Origin: Pseudomonadota bacterium
GTDB lineage: Bacteria; Desulfobacterota; BSN033; WVXP01; G020346125
Length of the DNA: 24,192 nt
Direction of reading: 5' to 3'
NCBI GenBank assembly: GCA_030672465.1
Contig: DAOVGJ010000029.1
Coordinates: forward strand, 1-24,192
Shown: in pieces, positions 6,658-14,745 of the stretch
Position numbering within the stretch: position 1 is the stretch's first letter
Layout of the letters: every line of letters starts with the position of its first letter
Program-made: the position numbers and the translations under genes
The notes under the pieces: model-generated
Database searches by the model: none
The model's input: only the letters and a program-made list of their open reading frames with translations
Told to the model about the DNA's origin: nothing

Positions 6658-9600
6658 TCAAGTTCTCTCCGGCACAAGGGGGCTCGGTTGATTCCCCCGC
6701 GGTTGAGCATATTGTGTCAACCTCTCCAAGGTGCTTTTGGTCTCACCAAAGGCCTCCTGCCACCCCCCCCTCCCTGTGGAGAGAATCAATTCCAAATTGG
6801 GGGTGAATTGAAATCGATCGCTGTTTTCCTGGACCAGGCCAACGATGCACTGGGGGGAAATCTCGGAGCTCTCGTCGAAGGCGATCACCGTTCTTTTCTC
6901 GGATAGGTCCAGCTTCCTCACCCTTAGACGGGTCAATAGTTGCTTGAGCTTCATCGCCTCCAACAAGTTCAGGGCTGGGGGAGGAATAGACCCAAAGCGA
7001 TCCATGAGCTCCTCCCTCATATCATCGATTTCCTCCTCGGAAAACGCTGATGACAATCGTTTGTAGAAAACCAGCCTCTGATGAGGGTCGCGAATGTAGT
7101 CATCGGGGATAAAGGTGGCAAATGGGAGTTTCATTTCGGGTGTAATGTCCTCCTGGACTTTCTCCCCCCTCAAATGCCTCACCGCCCTCTCCATGAGCTG
7201 AGTATACATTTCATATCCCAACGCCGCAATATGTCCCGATTGAGCAGGCCCCAATATGTTTCCCGCGCCCCTGATCTCCAGATCCTGGACTGCAAGCCTG
7301 AACCCTGAACCCAACTCGCTCAATTCCTGTAGCGCCCTCAAGCGCTTGAGGGCATCGCCGGATATGGAGGCTTCGGATGGAACGAGGAGGTAAGCATAGG
7401 CCTGATATCTCGATCTGCCGACCCTGCCCCTCAGCTGGTAGAGTTCCGCAAGACCAAACCTCTGGGCGTGGTCGATGATGATGGTGTTGGCGGCGGGGAT
7501 GTCCAGACCCGACTCGATGATGCTCGTACAGAGGAGGAGGTTGTATTCCTTCCCCACAAAGGCGAGCATTACCCTTTCCAGATCCCTCTCCCTCATCTGA
7601 CCGTGGGCGACGGCAAGAGAGGCTTCGGGGACGAGCTGCTGCAGGAATCGGGCCATGGCTGATATGTTGTGGACCCGATTGTGAACAAAAAAGACCTGGC
7701 CATTCCTATGGAGTTCCCTGAGGATGGTCTGGCGGATGAGGTCCTCGTCAAAGCGCGTCAAAAATGTCCGTATTGAGAGTCTGTCCTCGGGTGGGGTATT
7801 GATCACGCTCAGGTCCCTTATTCCCGTCAAGGCCATGTGGAGAGTTCTGGGAATAGGGGTTGCCGTCAAGGTCAACACATCGACCGTTTTCCTCAACTGT
7901 TTCAGTCTCTCCTTATGAGTGACACCAAACCGATGCTCCTCGTCGGTGACGAGCAATCCCAAATCCCGGAAGGCAACGTCCCTCTGAAGTAGACGGTGGG
8001 TTCCAATGAGGATATCGATCTTCCCCTCCTTCAATTCCCCGAGTATCTGTCTCTGCTCGTTCTTCCCCTTAAACCGGCTTAGCATATTGATGATAACGGG
8101 GTAGTGTTGGAATCGCTCGGAGAAGGTCTGGCAGTGTTGCTGAGCTAAGACCGTGGTGGGTACCAAAACGGCCACCTGCTTGCCACCCATAACCGCCTTG
8201 AATGCTGCCCTGATGGCCACCTCCGTTTTTCCATATCCCACATCACCACAGATGAGGCGGTCCATGGGTTTGGGTTTTTCCATGTCCATTATTACGTCCC
8301 TGATGGCTTCCAACTGGTCAGGCGTCTCCTCGTACTGAAAGGAAGCCTCAAATTCCTTGAAATAGCCATTCCCCTTGGAGAAGGCAAATCCATCGAATAC
8401 CTGCCTGGCCGCATACAGGTTGAGGAGCTCTTTCGCCATTTCCTCGATGGATTTGCTTACCTTCCGCTTCAATCGCCTCCATGAAGATCCACCCAGCCGA
8501 TCCTGTCTGGGACCTCTATCCTCAAAGGCGACATATTTCTGGATGAGGTTGATCCGATCAACGGGCACATAGAGTTTATCCCCTTCCAGGTATTCCAACA
8601 GGAGGTAGTCGTTGCTAACCCTTTGAATATTCAGACGTTTTAACCCCCTATAAATCCCGATCCCGTAGTCGATATGGACCACATAGTCGTTCTCATTGAG
8701 CTCGGAGAAAGAGGTAATGGCGTAATCCGCTGGCCTCCTATGGACTTTCGCGATTCTCTTGCGATGGCCGAAAATTTCCTCCTCAGTAATGGCTACTAAA
8801 CCTATGGAGGGGAGGCGGAAACCAGTCGAGAGGTCTCCGGTGAGAATGATGAAGTCGCCTTCCCCTGTCCTCGGACGATGGTCAACGAAACGGGAAACGC
8901 GGCCTTTCAACCATTGGGAGAAGGAGATTGGGCTCAGTTGCGGGGTGAGGTGGTATTCCATCAACAATTCCTGGAGCCGCTCCGCCTGGACCAATTGGTG
9001 GGCCACGATGATGATTTCGTTTCCCCCTTTGTGCCAGGATTCCAGTCGCTGCATGAGGGGAGATAGGAGGGTTTCCCTTCCGGGGGACTTTAGGCCGGTC
9101 CTCATATCCTCGTTGGATTCCACGGTGAACCGAAGGATTTCACCCCCTGCTCCCCCCGATTCGGGGAGGTCCATCTCCCCCAGGAGCAGCCTCCTCCAAT
9201 GTCCCCAGTTGGATTTGACGGTCTCCAAGGGGAGATACCAACGGTCGGGCGCCTGCGGGGTCTTCCCCTTGGCGACGGCTCGATCGAACATCTCGTTGAC
9301 CTGCAGCCAGAATGCCTCTCCTTCCCTCTCCACCTCGAAGAGGTCATCCATAGCCAGGATGGTTTGGGGGTTCAAATAATCGAAAAGGGAGGCGCCGGCC
9401 TGATCGTTGTGGTCCTCCATTATCTCCTTGGCCGGGAGGATCGAGGCGCCTTCATAATGCTGATGTGACCTCTGGGTCTCCGCGTCAAAGGCCCTCATTG
9501 ACTCGATCCGATCGCCGAAGAATTCGAGCCTCAAGGGATCCCGGTATGAGGGGGAAAAGAGGTCGATGATTCCGCCTCGAACGCTAAATTCACCCTTTTC

Positions 9601-10122
9601 CTCCACCAATTGAACCCGAGTATATCCACCTCGAATCAACTTCCCAATGAATTCTTCCCTGTCTATTTCATCGCCCACATTTAAGGCAATGGTCAGTTTC
9701 TCGAGGCCATGGGGGGTCATCGTCCTCTGCATGATGGCTTGAATGGATGTGACGATTAGGGTCCCATTTCGAACGGATGCCTGGGAAAGGGTTCTTACCC
9801 TCTGGCCCACGATATCCTGATGGGAGGGTAACTCATCGTAGGGACTTGTCTCCCAGGGAGGGAAGGTAAGGATCTCCCTTTCCGGCTCTGTGAAGAAACG
9901 CAGGGCCTCCGAGAAGGTCTCAGCATCTGTGGGTCGAGGAGTAATGACTAAAAGGGGAAGCCCAGACTCCTGCGCCAAAAGCGAAAGGATAAGGGCTTTG
10001 GAAGAACCTTTTAACCCTACTACGTGGACCTCCTGGGAACCCTCCTTCGCGCACTGGATTAAGCGGGAAAGGGGAAACCCTTTCCCGCGTTTATGCAGGA
10101 GTTCTGGCCTTACCGCAAACAT
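6658..10122 (-). CDS. mfd: Transcription-repair coupling factor
   Basis: 1154 aa. UvrB-homology region (RGGIIDLF), RID (VVHIDYGIGIY), helicase motifs DRLICGDVGYGKTEVA, DEEHRFGV, TATPIPRTL, QLRGRVGR, and TRG motif DLEIRGAGNILG. Confidence 0.98.
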   Translation of the reverse strand: MFAVRPELLHKRGKGFPLSRLIQCAKEGSQEVHVVGLKGSSKALILSLLAQESGLPLLVITPRPTDAETFSEALRFFTEPEREILTFPPWETSPYDELPSHQDIVGQRVRTLSQASVRNGTLIVTSIQAIMQRTMTPHGLEKLTIALNVGDEIDREEFIGKLIRGGYTRVQLVEEKGEFSVRGGIIDLFSPSYRDPLRLEFFGDRIESMRAFDAETQRSHQHYEGASILPAKEIMEDHNDQAGASLFDYLNPQTILAMDDLFEVEREGEAFWLQVNEMFDRAVAKGKTPQAPDRWYLPLETVKSNWGHWRRLLLGEMDLPESGGAGGEILRFTVESNEDMRTGLKSPGRETLLSPLMQRLESWHKGGNEIIIVAHQLVQAERLQELLMEYHLTPQLSPISFSQWLKGRVSRFVDHRPRTGEGDFIILTGDLSTGFRLPSIGLVAITEEEIFGHRKRIAKVHRRPADYAITSFSELNENDYVVHIDYGIGIYRGLKRLNIQRVSNDYLLLEYLEGDKLYVPVDRINLIQKYVAFEDRGPRQDRLGGSSWRRLKRKVSKSIEEMAKELLNLYAARQVFDGFAFSKGNGYFKEFEASFQYEETPDQLEAIRDVIMDMEKPKPMDRLICGDVGYGKTEVAIRAAFKAVMGGKQVAVLVPTTVLAQQHCQTFSERFQHYPVIINMLSRFKGKNEQRQILGELKEGKIDILIGTHRLLQRDVAFRDLGLLVTDEEHRFGVTHKERLKQLRKTVDVLTLTATPIPRTLHMALTGIRDLSVINTPPEDRLSIRTFLTRFDEDLIRQTILRELHRNGQVFFVHNRVHNISAMARFLQQLVPEASLAVAHGQMRERDLERVMLAFVGKEYNLLLCTSIIESGLDIPAANTIIIDHAQRFGLAELYQLRGRVGRSRYQAYAYLLVPSEASISGDALKRLRALQELSELGSGFRLAVQDLEIRGAGNILGPAQSGHIAALGYEMYTQLMERAVRHLRGEKVQEDITPEMKLPFATFIPDDYIRDPHQRLVFYKRLSSAFSEEEIDDMREELMDRFGSIPPPALNLLEAMKLKQLLTRLRVRKLDLSEKRTVIAFDESSEISPQCIVGLVQENSDRFQFTPNLELILSTGRGGWQEAFGETKSTLERLTQYAQPRGNQPSPLVPERT

Positions 10123-10146
10123 CCCTAAACCTCGCCACTCGATTTA

Positions 10147-10175
10147 AGGCTAAACCAAACGTAAGCCATAGTCAA
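10147..10175 (-). promoter_or_regulatory. Putative sigma70 promoter for mfd-PPIase-pdxA
   Basis: Minus strand TTGACT(10175-10170)-17 nt-TAGCCT(10152-10147; TAnnnT), 24 nt upstream of the mfd ATG. Confidence 0.5.
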
Positions 10176-10249
10176 CGCCAATCCTTCAAGGGATTCGCCA
10201 TGGGGGATAGAAAAGGGCGGGAAAATGTGGTTACGCTCTGGGCAGAGGG

Positions 10250-10543
10250 TCAATGTGATTTCTTGAACAATCCCTCCCAAGCTTTCCTCGCCTTGGCGAC
10301 CTCTTCTTCCCTTTTTCCACCGGGCTTCGATTCCCTGAAGGTGAAGAAGTCGCAGAAGTTGGCCTTTTCCCGGTCCGAGACGTACTCGCTCTGGGGCTCC
10401 CGGCACTGATTATGGGCATGGGGGTCGTAAAAGGCGCAGTTGAGGCAAGAATGGAGGTAGCTCCCGCAGTCGGGGCATGTAGCGGTTCTGGAAACCATAT
10501 CGGGCCCATTGAGCTCCTTTCCACACCGGTGGCATACTTTCAT
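10250..10543 (-). CDS. Small Cys-rich (8 Cys) putative double zinc-binding protein, function unknown
   Basis: Start set at ATG 10543 (GGAGG 6 nt upstream). 97 aa with CxxC(4,7), CxxC(23,26), HxCxxC(31-36), C47, C64 and an amphipathic C-terminal helix. Confidence 0.8.
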   Translation of the reverse strand: MKVCHRCGKELNGPDMVSRTATCPDCGSYLHSCLNCAFYDPHAHNQCREPQSEYVSDREKANFCDFFTFRESKPGGKREEEVAKARKAWEGLFKKSH

Positions 10544-10583
10544 GATTTGCCTCCGCCAGAAGGGCCGCATTGCTCAGTCGTTT

Positions 10584-11291
10584 CTAGAGATATCTCTCAA
10601 ACCACTCCAGGCTCATCTCAATGGCCTTTTCGCGATGATCGGGATGGTTTAGCCTGTGATCACCCCCCTCGATGATCTCCATTTTTTTGGGGTAATTGAG
10701 GTGTTCGTATATCATCCTTGCTTGCTCCACGGGGACGAGTTCGTCTCGATCCCCATGGATCACCAGACAGTTGGGCACCTTCCCCAGGGCGGAGGTGAGG
10801 TTGTGGGCTTTTATGTCGTGGAAGAATTCCTCCCCCAGCGATGCCATCTCTTCGTCCCCCCTCTTCTCCTCAAGGCCAGCCAGGGTAAAGGGGGTTGCCC
10901 ATGTCACCACAGACCGGATTCCATTCTCCCCTGCCGATACGATCAGCGAGATGTAGCCGCCCAAGCTACTTCCCATGAGTCCGATCCGGGGGCCGATCCA
11001 AGGATGTGATCTAACGAATCCGATGGCCATGTTCAGGTCCCTCAACCGGTCCGATACGGTGGTCTCCGTGGTTTTTCCCCCGCTTTCACCGCATCCCCTG
11101 AAGTCGAACCTGAGGAAGGCTATCCCCTTCCGATGAAATCGATGCCCGAGCGTAATATATTTTTCGCTATCCTTGCTGCTGAAGAGCCCGTGGGAGGCAA
11201 TCACGCAGGAAGGCTTTTCCATGTCGGGCAGATGAAGCGCCCCTACAACCGCTTGCCCATGGCTGGAAAAGGAGATCTTTTCCACTTTCAT
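10584..11291 (-). CDS. Alpha/beta-fold hydrolase (serine esterase/peptidase type)
   Basis: Oxyanion HG motif (SHGLFSSK), FDFRGCGES, nucleophile GSSLGG, acid HGDRDELVP, His in GGDH. Start is ATG 11291 or TTG 11303. Confidence 0.88.
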   Translation of the reverse strand: MKVEKISFSSHGQAVVGALHLPDMEKPSCVIASHGLFSSKDSEKYITLGHRFHRKGIAFLRFDFRGCGESGGKTTETTVSDRLRDLNMAIGFVRSHPWIGPRIGLMGSSLGGYISLIVSAGENGIRSVVTWATPFTLAGLEEKRGDEEMASLGEEFFHDIKAHNLTSALGKVPNCLVIHGDRDELVPVEQARMIYEHLNYPKKMEIIEGGDHRLNHPDHREKAIEMSLEWFERYL

Positions 11292-11302
11292 GGCGATTTC
11301 CA

Positions 11303-11415
11303 ACGCTAAATTGCGGTTCTGCAGTGTTGCGGTGCTGCAGTCATGCGGTTACGGCGGTGTGGATCTTAATCAAACTACTTGATACATTCATCCTAAGAGC
11401 GAGTTTTTCAGGGAT
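11303..11415 (-). repeat. Degenerate, inverted second copy of the murD-ftsW element, including a 5-unit 8-nt tandem repeat
   Basis: 11322-11351 matches the reverse complement of 22462-22491 at 29/30. 11311-11322 (TTGCGGTTCTGC) is identical to 22421-22432. 11405-11415 is the exact reverse complement of 22316-22326 (TIR core ATCCCTGAAAA). Octamers: ttgcggtt|ctgcagtg|ttgcggtg|ctgcagtc|atgcggtt (11311-11350). Confidence 0.75.
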
Positions 11416-11704
11416 TTTCCAGGGTTCCTTTCCCCTGGCTTCCCGCAGCTTCTCCTATGATGAGACGAATATATGGCCTCATGGAAACGGAGGAGAGATC
11501 GAACTGTCTCAGCGCCCGAACCAAGAGATCTATCCTCTCCCCGTGGGGCATTCTCCTGTCCATGATGATCACATTCCTTCCCCGGAGCTTACACAATCCG
11601 CCCTCGACTTTGAAATCCATTCCCATCAGATCGTCGTATCGGACCGCAATGGAGAGCTTTTCCGCTATCTCCTCCAGCTCCTGTAATAGGCGATTCTCCT
11701 CCAT
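11408..11704 (-). CDS. Small hypothetical protein (98 aa)
   Basis: Collinear with its neighbours and protein-like (LLQELEEIAEKLSIAVRY...GGLCKLRGRNVIIMD...RPYIR). Start is ATG 11704 or GTG 11725. Confidence 0.75.
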   Translation of the reverse strand: MEENRLLQELEEIAEKLSIAVRYDDLMGMDFKVEGGLCKLRGRNVIIMDRRMPHGERIDLLVRALRQFDLSSVSMRPYIRLIIGEAAGSQGKGTLENP

Positions 11705-11711
11705 CGACGTT

Positions 11712-11741
11712 ATCTTATCCTTCACGAGGGAAATTTTTCAA
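11712..11741 (-). promoter_or_regulatory. Putative sigma70 promoter, possibly giving a leaderless transcript
   Basis: Minus strand TTGAAA(11741-11736)-18 nt-TAAGAT(11717-11712), then 7 nt to ATG 11704. Confidence 0.4.
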
Positions 11742-11779
11742 TGGGATACTTTTTTGGAGTTCCCTACTGAAATATTTTT

Positions 11780-13474
11780 TTACTCCTTGCCTTGGCTCAA
11801 GGCCTCAAGATATTCCCCTCGTAGGTAATCCTTGCTTATACCATGATCGATAAAGTCCCAGGGTAAGATTTCATCGAAATCAATCTCCCGGTAAACGTAG
11901 AAGTCGGGATTGAGGTTTATCTCCTTAAAGGTCTTCTGCCAGTTGCCCCCATTGTAATGTGCAGCCAATAGGATCCTTCCCACCCTTCTGTCGCCCCGGG
12001 AGAGAAGCGTCTGGATATACCCCCACTTTGGGAGATTGTGTGTTACCTGGACGTTCCCTTCCCCGCGGAGCTCATTTTTTACGAGCTTCAGCTTACGCTT
12101 CAACGAATTGATCTCCTCATAAGGGGCCCATTGGAAAGGGGTCGAGGGTTTGGGGATGAAGGGAGTGATGCTGAGGACGATCCGCCCCAGTCGTTTTTGA
12201 TCACGGCCGACCTTCAGGAAAATATGCTTTATTCGCCTGGTGAGCCCGACGATTTCATCGATGTCCCGGGCCGTTTCCGTAGGCAGGCCGATGATGAAAT
12301 AGAGGCGGATATTGGGAATACCGCCCTTTGAGATCATCTCCACGGCACGAAGCAAGTCCATCTCCTGGAGGTCCTTTTTGATCACCCGCCTGAGCCTCTC
12401 CGAACCCGCCTCTGGGGCCAAAGAGATGGTCTTATGTCCGCCCGCCTTGAGGTATGTGATGAGATCTTCGGAAATGGAATCCGCCCTGAGGGAGGCAATG
12501 GAGAGGGTTCCCTTTGAATCGAGGACCGATTGGCATATCTCCCTTAAACGGGGATGGTCCGAAACCGCTGAGCCCATCAACCCGAGGCGCCTCTCGTGGG
12601 TTAACCCCTCCTCGATGTCCATTCGGAGATCTTTCAGGGTTCTATTCCGGAAAGGACGGTATATGAAACAGCCAGCGCAGAAGCGACATCCCCTGGGGCA
12701 ACCCCGATTCACCTCAACCAGGGCCATATCATTGAACTGGGTATGGGGGGTGAAGAGGGTCGAAGTGGTATGGATGTTATTGATATCCCGAACCCACCTC
12801 CTTTTAATCCGCCTTGGGTGCTTGCCCTTGGGGGTGAAGCTGTTGATGGGGCCCTCATCGAAATATCGAACCTGATAGAGTTGGGGGACATAGACGCCCT
12901 CGATGGCGGCTGCTTTCTCCACGAACTCCAGTTGCGTTTTCCCCTCGGATTTGGCTTCTTCGAAGCATCTCAGGAACTCGGGGAGGAGCTCCTCCCCCTC
13001 ACCGATGAAAAAGAAGTTGAAGAAGTCAGAGAGGGGCTCTGGATTTAGGAAAACGGCCACACCCCCTGCGATGACAAGGGGATGGGAGTCATTTCTGGCC
13101 GTCCTTAAGAGAGGTATTTTACCCATTTCCAAAATGGTGAGGATGTTGGGATAGTCGTTTTCAAAGGGGATGGAAAAGGCGAGGATATCGAAATCATAGA
13201 GAGGTCTTTGCGATTCCAGGGAGAAGAGGGGTGTGTCCGTCTTTCTATATTCCAGGAGGTCTTCCTTATCGGGGAGAAAGCTCCTCTCGCAGACGATCTC
13301 CTGCAATTGGTTCAATTGGTGGTAGAGGGTTTGAAAGCCAAGGTTGGACATGCCGGTATAGTACCGGTTTGGGAAGGCGAGGCAAAGGGTGGTTTTGCCA
13401 CCCCACTCTTTCCGGATGGTTCCTCTTTCCTCCGAGAGCCGTTTTTTGACCCTCTGTATGAGTTTCCAAGACAT
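11780..13474 (-). CDS. Radical SAM protein with N-terminal cobalamin-binding-like domain (TIGR03960-like, uncharacterised)
   Basis: CxxxCxxC motif in EVNRGCPRGCRFC; MSNLGFQTLY, DILAFSIPFENDY, IAGG, FIGEGE, APEAGSERLR, YFIIGLPTET, PFIPKPSTPFQW, LPWDFIDHG. Confidence 0.88.
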   Translation of the reverse strand: MSWKLIQRVKKRLSEERGTIRKEWGGKTTLCLAFPNRYYTGMSNLGFQTLYHQLNQLQEIVCERSFLPDKEDLLEYRKTDTPLFSLESQRPLYDFDILAFSIPFENDYPNILTILEMGKIPLLRTARNDSHPLVIAGGVAVFLNPEPLSDFFNFFFIGEGEELLPEFLRCFEEAKSEGKTQLEFVEKAAAIEGVYVPQLYQVRYFDEGPINSFTPKGKHPRRIKRRWVRDINNIHTTSTLFTPHTQFNDMALVEVNRGCPRGCRFCAGCFIYRPFRNRTLKDLRMDIEEGLTHERRLGLMGSAVSDHPRLREICQSVLDSKGTLSIASLRADSISEDLITYLKAGGHKTISLAPEAGSERLRRVIKKDLQEMDLLRAVEMISKGGIPNIRLYFIIGLPTETARDIDEIVGLTRRIKHIFLKVGRDQKRLGRIVLSITPFIPKPSTPFQWAPYEEINSLKRKLKLVKNELRGEGNVQVTHNLPKWGYIQTLLSRGDRRVGRILLAAHYNGGNWQKTFKEINLNPDFYVYREIDFDEILPWDFIDHGISKDYLRGEYLEALSQGKE

Positions 13475-13563
13475 AGCCGCGCTGTGGAGAAGGGGCCTTT
13501 TGAGCCATAGGGGAGATCCATAGAGTTGGTTCGCGATGCCCCTTTCCCACCGGAAACAAGGGG

Positions 13564-14718
13564 TTAATCAGCCTGCTTTCTTAGAAAGGTTGGGATGTCA
13601 TATTGTTCGTCATCATAGGAGGAGAGCTCATCAATTCCCTCGGGCTTCGCCTCCTGCGACTTTTCCCCCTCCTTCCTCAAATAGGCGGGGACGTCGATGT
13701 TTTCCCTGAGCGAGAAGGAGATAGGGGACACCTTTTTCAGGTGGGGAAGCATTCGTTCCTCCATCCTGCCAAAACCGGTGGCAATTACCGTCACTCGTAT
13801 TTCTTCCCCCATCTTTTCGTCGATGACGGCCCCAAATATGATATTGGCGTCTTCATGGGCCTCCTTCTGTATCAGCACCGATGCCTCGTTGACCTCGTTG
13901 AGGGTCATCGAGGAGCTGCCGGTGACATTGATGAGAAGCCCTTTGGCCCCTTCGATGGAGATGTCCTCCAGGAGGGGGCTGAAGATGGCCTTCTGCGCTG
14001 CCTCCGCCGCCCTGTTATCACCTGATCCGACGCCGGTTCCCATCAAGGCCATTCCCATCTCCGACATGATGGTCCTGACGTCGGCAAAATCGAGGTTGAT
14101 GAGACCATGAAATGCGATCAGGTCGGATATGCCTTTGGCTGCATGGAGCAGCACCTCGTCGGCCTTCTTGAAAGCCTCCAGCAACGACATGCTCTTTCCA
14201 CTAATGCTCAGGAGTCTCTGGTTGGGGATGGTAATCAAGGTATCGGCGGTCATCCGTACGTTGATGACTCCTTCCTCGGCATGCTTCATTCGTTTCTTCC
14301 CTTCGAAGAGGAAGGGTTTGGTCACGATGGCCACGGTGAGGGCGCCCATTTCCTTGGCCACCTCTGCAACAATGGGGGCGCCCCCGGTTCCGGTGCCACC
14401 TCCCAAGCCTGCGGTGATGAAGACCATATCCGCCCCCCTCAGGGAATCCCTGATCATGTCAATGTCCTCCAGCGCTGCCCTTCTGCCGATCTCGGGGTTG
14501 GCGCCGGCCCCCAATCCCTTGGTGATCTTGGCCCCCAATTGAAGCTTAGTGGGTGCCTTGCTGGCCGCTAAGGCTTGGGCGTCGGTATTGGCCGCGATGA
14601 ATTCCACAGCCGTGAGCTCGGAGGTGATCATGTTATTGATGGCATTACACCCTCCCCCTCCAATACCGACGGCTTTTACTTTGGCCGCCACGTTCCTGTT
14701 CTCATCGAATTCGATCAT
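13564..14718 (-). CDS. ftsZ: Cell division GTPase FtsZ
   Basis: GIGGGGCNA, ANTDAQAL, tubulin signature GLGGGTGTG, INLDFADV, C-terminal DIPTFLRKQAD. Confidence 0.99.
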   Translation of the reverse strand: MIEFDENRNVAAKVKAVGIGGGGCNAINNMITSELTAVEFIAANTDAQALAASKAPTKLQLGAKITKGLGAGANPEIGRRAALEDIDMIRDSLRGADMVFITAGLGGGTGTGGAPIVAEVAKEMGALTVAIVTKPFLFEGKKRMKHAEEGVINVRMTADTLITIPNQRLLSISGKSMSLLEAFKKADEVLLHAAKGISDLIAFHGLINLDFADVRTIMSEMGMALMGTGVGSGDNRAAEAAQKAIFSPLLEDISIEGAKGLLINVTGSSSMTLNEVNEASVLIQKEAHEDANIIFGAVIDEKMGEEIRVTVIATGFGRMEERMLPHLKKVSPISFSLRENIDVPAYLRKEGEKSQEAKPEGIDELSSYDDEQYDIPTFLRKQAD

Positions 14719-14745
14719 TTCACCCCTCCCAATAGGTCAATTCGG

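Noticed and set aside
8759-9379. 206-aa plus-strand ORF
   Set aside because: Antisense shadow of mfd with no recognisable domain.
10176-10199. Imperfect palindrome GCCAATCC-TTCAAG-GGATTCGC upstream of the mfd -35 as a LexA/SOS box
   Set aside because: It does not match any LexA consensus I can state with confidence, and a 7/8 stem can arise by chance.
11311-11351. Repeat shared with 22462-22491 as a CRISPR repeat
   Set aside because: Only two copies, 11 kb apart and inverted, with no spacer array and no cas genes.
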